Positions 61,055 to 64,000 of a stretch of 64,000 nt of DNA are shown here, piece by piece. Positions within the stretch are counted from its first letter, which is position 1, and every line of letters starts with the position of its first letter. The stretch spans positions 4,310 to 68,309 of the forward strand of contig JAITJZ010000137.1 of NCBI GenBank assembly GCA_031278655.1, given 5' to 3'. Origin of the DNA: Bifidobacteriaceae bacterium. Its GTDB lineage: Bacteria > Actinomycetota > Actinomycetes > Actinomycetales > WQXJ01. Under the pieces are notes generated by a model. The model ran no database searches, was not told the origin of the DNA, and worked only from the letters and a program-made list of their open reading frames with translations. The position numbers and the translations under genes are program-made.

Positions 61055-61068
61055 ACGCGCCGGGGCCG

Positions 61069-62538
61069 CTATTCGGCGGCGCCTGAGGCGGCGCTGGCCG
61101 CCAGTTCCGCGGCCAGCGCCTCGCAGACCCTGGCGTGCAGGCGCGTGCCCCCGGCCTCATAGTCCTGGCTCAGAATCTCGCCCTGGCGATGCGCCCTGGC
61201 CACCAGATCGCCCCGGGTGAACGGCACCACCACATCGACCTCGATGGGCGGCCGGGGCAAAGCCCGCTCGATGGCGGAGCGCAGCTCGCCCAGGCCGGCC
61301 CGGGTGCGCGATGAAACTGCCAGCGAGCCGGGGTGAGCGGAAAGCAACAGCTGAAGCTCGGCCGGCCCGGCGGCATCGGACTTGGTGAAAACCACCAACT
61401 CCCGCCCCAGGGTGGGCGCGCTCCCCCCGCCCGGCCGGCCGGCCCCGGGCGGCGCGGCGTCACCCTCGCGGGCGGCGATCTCGGCCAAGGTGCGGCGCAC
61501 CGCCTGAAGCTGGCCCTCCGGGTCCGGCGCCGAGGCGTCCACCACGTGCAGCAGAACGTCCGCCATGACCGATTCCTCGAGCGTCGAGGCGAAGGCCTCG
61601 ACCAGTTCGTGCGGCAGGCGGCGGACGAACCCAACCGTGTCGGTGAGCGTGTAGACGCGGCCGTCGGCGGTGCGCATGGCCCGCACGGTCGGGTCGAGGG
61701 TGGCGAAAAGCTGGTCGTCGACCAGCACGCTCGCCCCTGTCAGCGCGTTGAGCAGGGATGACTTGCCGGCGTTGGTGTAGCCGACAATGCCGACCGATGG
61801 CGTGCCGGCGCGCTCGCGCTCGGCCCGGCGGACCGCCCGGGCGGGCGCCATGACGCGCAACTCGCGGCGCAGCCGGGCCATCCGCGTCCTGATCCGGCGC
61901 CGGTCCAGTTCGATCTTGGTCTCGCCGGGCCCGCGCGACCCGATCCCCGCGCCTCCGGCCACCCGGCCCCCGGCCTGGCGCGACATCGACTCGCCCCAGC
62001 CGCGCAGCCTCGGCAGCAGGTACTCCAACTGCGCCAGTTCGACCTGGGCGCGGCCCTCCTTGGACTTCGCGTGCGAGGCGAAAATGTCCAGGATGACGGC
62101 CGTGCGGTCCACCACTTTGACCTTGACCACGTCCTCGAGCGCGCGCCGCTGCGACGGCGCCAACTCGCCGTCCGCTATGACCGTGTCGGCGCCGACCTCA
62201 GCCACCAAGGCGGCCAATTCGGCCGCCTTGCCGGAGCCCAGATAGGTGGCCGGGTCGGGGCCGTCACGCCGCTGAAGCACCGCCTCGAGCACCTCTGAGC
62301 CGGCCGTCTCGGCCAAGGCCGCCAATTCCGCCAGCGAAGCCTCCGCCTCAGCCCGCGTCAAGCCCGGGCCATAGATCCCGGCCAGCACCACCCGCTCCAG
62401 ACGCAGTTGGCGGTATTCGACCTCGCTGACATCCTCCAACTCGGTGGCCAGGCCCGGGACTCGTTGCAGGGCGGCGCGTTCCTCGCGCTCCAATTCCAGG
62501 TCTGACCAGCGTTCACCTGGGTCGCGTGATTCCGTCAT
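61069..62538 (-). CDS. hflX: GTPase HflX
   Basis: HflX N-domain (IADGELAPSQRRALE), then VGYTNAGKSSLLNALTG as G1, DTVGF as G3 and TKSD as G4. Confidence 0.95.
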   Translation of the reverse strand: MTESRDPGERWSDLELEREERAALQRVPGLATELEDVSEVEYRQLRLERVVLAGIYGPGLTRAEAEASLAELAALAETAGSEVLEAVLQRRDGPDPATYLGSGKAAELAALVAEVGADTVIADGELAPSQRRALEDVVKVKVVDRTAVILDIFASHAKSKEGRAQVELAQLEYLLPRLRGWGESMSRQAGGRVAGGAGIGSRGPGETKIELDRRRIRTRMARLRRELRVMAPARAVRRAERERAGTPSVGIVGYTNAGKSSLLNALTGASVLVDDQLFATLDPTVRAMRTADGRVYTLTDTVGFVRRLPHELVEAFASTLEESVMADVLLHVVDASAPDPEGQLQAVRRTLAEIAAREGDAAPPGAGRPGGGSAPTLGRELVVFTKSDAAGPAELQLLLSAHPGSLAVSSRTRAGLGELRSAIERALPRPPIEVDVVVPFTRGDLVARAHRQGEILSQDYEAGGTRLHARVCEALAAELAASAASGAAE

Positions 62539-62562
62539 CCCGCCTCACATTACTCTTACCCT

Positions 62563-63183
62563 GTGCCGCATTATTTCGAGCCGGGCGCCCCCGTCCGCCC
62601 AGACGAGCTGCGCGAGTTCGAGGTCGACCTGGCCGGGACGCCGGCCCGGGTGGTGACCGCGCCGGGTGTTTTCTCGGCCACACGCCTCGATCCGGGCACG
62701 TCGGTGCTGCTCAGGACCGAACGCCGGGCCGGCGGCCCGGTCCCGCCCGCCGGCCACCTCCTCGACCTCGGCTGCGGCTGGGGTCCCATCGCCTTGACCT
62801 TGGCCCGGCTGGCCCCCGAGGCGACGGTTTGGGCGGTCGACGCCAACCCGCGCGCGCTCGAGTTGACAGCGCTCAACGCGCGCCGCCTCGGCCTTGACAA
62901 CATCCAGACCGCCTTGCCCGATGCCGTCCCCCCGGCCATCGCTTTGGCCTTGCTTTGGTCGAACCCTCCCATCCGCGTCGGCAAGCACCGGCTGCGCTCG
63001 TTGCTGCGCGAATGGTTGGAACGCCTGGCGCCGGGCGCGCACGCGGATTTGGTGGCGCAAAAGAACTTGGGGGCGGATTCCTTGGCGCGCTGGTTGGGGG
63101 ACCAGCCCGGTTGGGCGGCCGCCAAGCTGGCCAGCGCCAAGGGCTACCGGGTCATCAGGGTCGAGCGCGCCTCGGCCACTTGA
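62563..63183 (+). CDS. Class I SAM-dependent methyltransferase (RsmC/RlmG-like small-domain type)
   Basis: GVFSATRLDPGTSVLL, LLDLGCGWGPIALTLA and LWSNPPIRVG (an NPPxxxG catalytic-loop-like motif). GTG start. Confidence 0.7.
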   Translation: MPHYFEPGAPVRPDELREFEVDLAGTPARVVTAPGVFSATRLDPGTSVLLRTERRAGGPVPPAGHLLDLGCGWGPIALTLARLAPEATVWAVDANPRALELTALNARRLGLDNIQTALPDAVPPAIALALLWSNPPIRVGKHRLRSLLREWLERLAPGAHADLVAQKNLGADSLARWLGDQPGWAAAKLASAKGYRVIRVERASAT

Positions 63184-63247
63184 GCGCCTGGGTCCAAGGG
63201 CCCCAGGGCGGCGCGCGGGCGCCCGCCAAACGACCCGCGCGGGCGGC

Positions 63248-63309
63248 CGCCAAACGACCCGCCAAACGACCCGCCAGACGACTCGCCCGCGGACCTCGTC
63301 CGCGGACCC
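63248..63309. repeat. Intergenic tandem 12-bp repeat (GCCAAACGACCC-like, about 5 degenerate units) between convergent genes
   Basis: gccaaacgaccc x2, gccagacgactc, gcccgcggacct and cgtccgcggaccc. One more copy lies at 63224-63236. Confidence 0.75.
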
Positions 63310-63310
63310 G

Positions 63311-64000
63311 TCAGAGCACCCGCCCCTTGGCGACCAACTTGGCCGGTCCCGTCAACTCGACCACGTCATCGGCCATGCGCACTTTCAGGGCGCCGCCGGG
63401 CAATTCGACGGTCCAAGTGGTTGGACCGGCCGCCCCGGCCCAGGCCCAGGCGGCCAGGGCGGCCGCGGCCGCGCCCGTGCCGCAGGAAAGCGTCTCGCCG
63501 GCCCCGCGCTCGTGGACCCGCATGCGCAGAACGCCGGCGGCGGCATCGACCAAGGCGAACTCGACGTTGGCGCCGGCCGGCGCCTCGGGCGCCAACCTCG
63601 GCGCTGTCCTCAGGTCCAGGGCCGCCAGTTCCTCGGCCGTCACCGACGCGACCACATGCGGGTTGCCGACATCGACGGACAACCCTCCCAACGGCCGCGA
63701 CAGCCCCTCGGCGAAGACCTGGCGGTCGCAGCCTCGGCGGACCGCCGCCTGGCCCCCGCAGAACTTCCAAGCGCCCAGGTCAACCACGTAATCCTGGTCT
63801 TCCAGGCGGACGGTCACCACCCCCGCGCGGGTGCCGATGGCGATGGTTTGGCCGTCCGCCAGGTCGGCCAGCCCCTCGTCCAGGAGGAAGGCGACGAAGA
63901 CCCGGATGCCGTTGCCGCACATCTGAGCCAACGAGCCGTCGGCGTTGCGGTAGTCCATGAACCATTCGGCGCCTTGCGCCAAAGCCGCCGCGCCTTCTTC
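63311..64000 (-). CDS. dapF: Diaminopimelate epimerase, C-terminal part (5' end outside the window)
   Basis: [18 protein letters not shown] and [13 protein letters not shown] carry the two catalytic Cys motifs. The reading frame stays open to the window edge. Confidence 0.9.
   Translation of the reverse strand, partial: EEGAAALAQGAEWFMDYRNADGSLAQMCGNGIRVFVAFLLDEGLADLADGQTIAIGTRAGVVTVRLEDQDYVVDLGAWKFCGGQAAVRRGCDRQVFAEGLSRPLGGLSVDVGNPHVVASVTAEELAALDLRTAPRLAPEAPAGANVEFALVDAAAGVLRMRVHERGAGETLSCGTGAAAAALAAWAWAGAAGPTTWTVELPGGALKVRMADDVVELTGPAKLVAKGRVL

Noticed and set aside
61055-61083. Terminator hairpin between the convergent lexA and hflX genes
   Set aside because: Only a 6-bp stem (GCGCCG/CGGCGC) with a 14-nt loop is possible, and it overlaps the hflX coding end. 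That is too weak to call.
1-64000. tRNA, rRNA or tmRNA genes
   Set aside because: A scan for T-loop-like GGTTCGA(A/G)TCC sequences and their complements found only coincidental matches inside coding regions. No intergenic gap is large enough for an rRNA gene.

Overview
High-GC window, typical of an actinobacterial chromosome, almost fully coding. I could not run any search, so calls rest on my own reading of the translations and the DNA. There are two conserved core blocks. The first is ddl (partial) plus clpP2-clpP1 at the left edge. The second (32-64 kb) holds tig, a YqhA-like membrane protein, a Ca-type P-type ATPase, and a complete dcw cluster on the minus strand (mraZ, rsmH, ftsL-like, ftsI, murE, murF, mraY, murD, ftsW, murG, murC, ftsQ). 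It continues with DUF3040, dinB, csp, a PAC2-family gene, helD, a C-N hydrolase, nrdR, a LysM gene, lexA, hflX, a methyltransferase and dapF (partial). Between clpP1 and tig lie about 30 kb of accessory-looking uptake and catabolism genes. These comprise a sugar ABC system with two tandem paralogous binding proteins, a cupin-type PGI, an MFS and a ThuA-like gene. Next come a dehydrogenase/lactonase/FGGY-kinase/GntR/GH88-105/AKR cluster and a partial inositol cluster (iolT-iolE-iolG-iolH-like-lacI). The last unit is an Opp/Dpp-type ABC operon. The most unusual item is in that operon: two tandem family-5 solute-binding-protein paralogs with no signal peptide, next to a normal lipoprotein paralog. 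A second theme is many 9/12/15/18-bp tandem repeats, in frame inside dcw genes and a C-N hydrolase, and also intergenic. One intergenic repeat creates a Thr/Ala-rich mini-ORF overlapping the iolG start. No rRNA, tRNA, CRISPR or transposase/integrase genes were seen. Several track ORFs are run-through artefacts, so I trimmed starts using RBS and stop/start overlaps.
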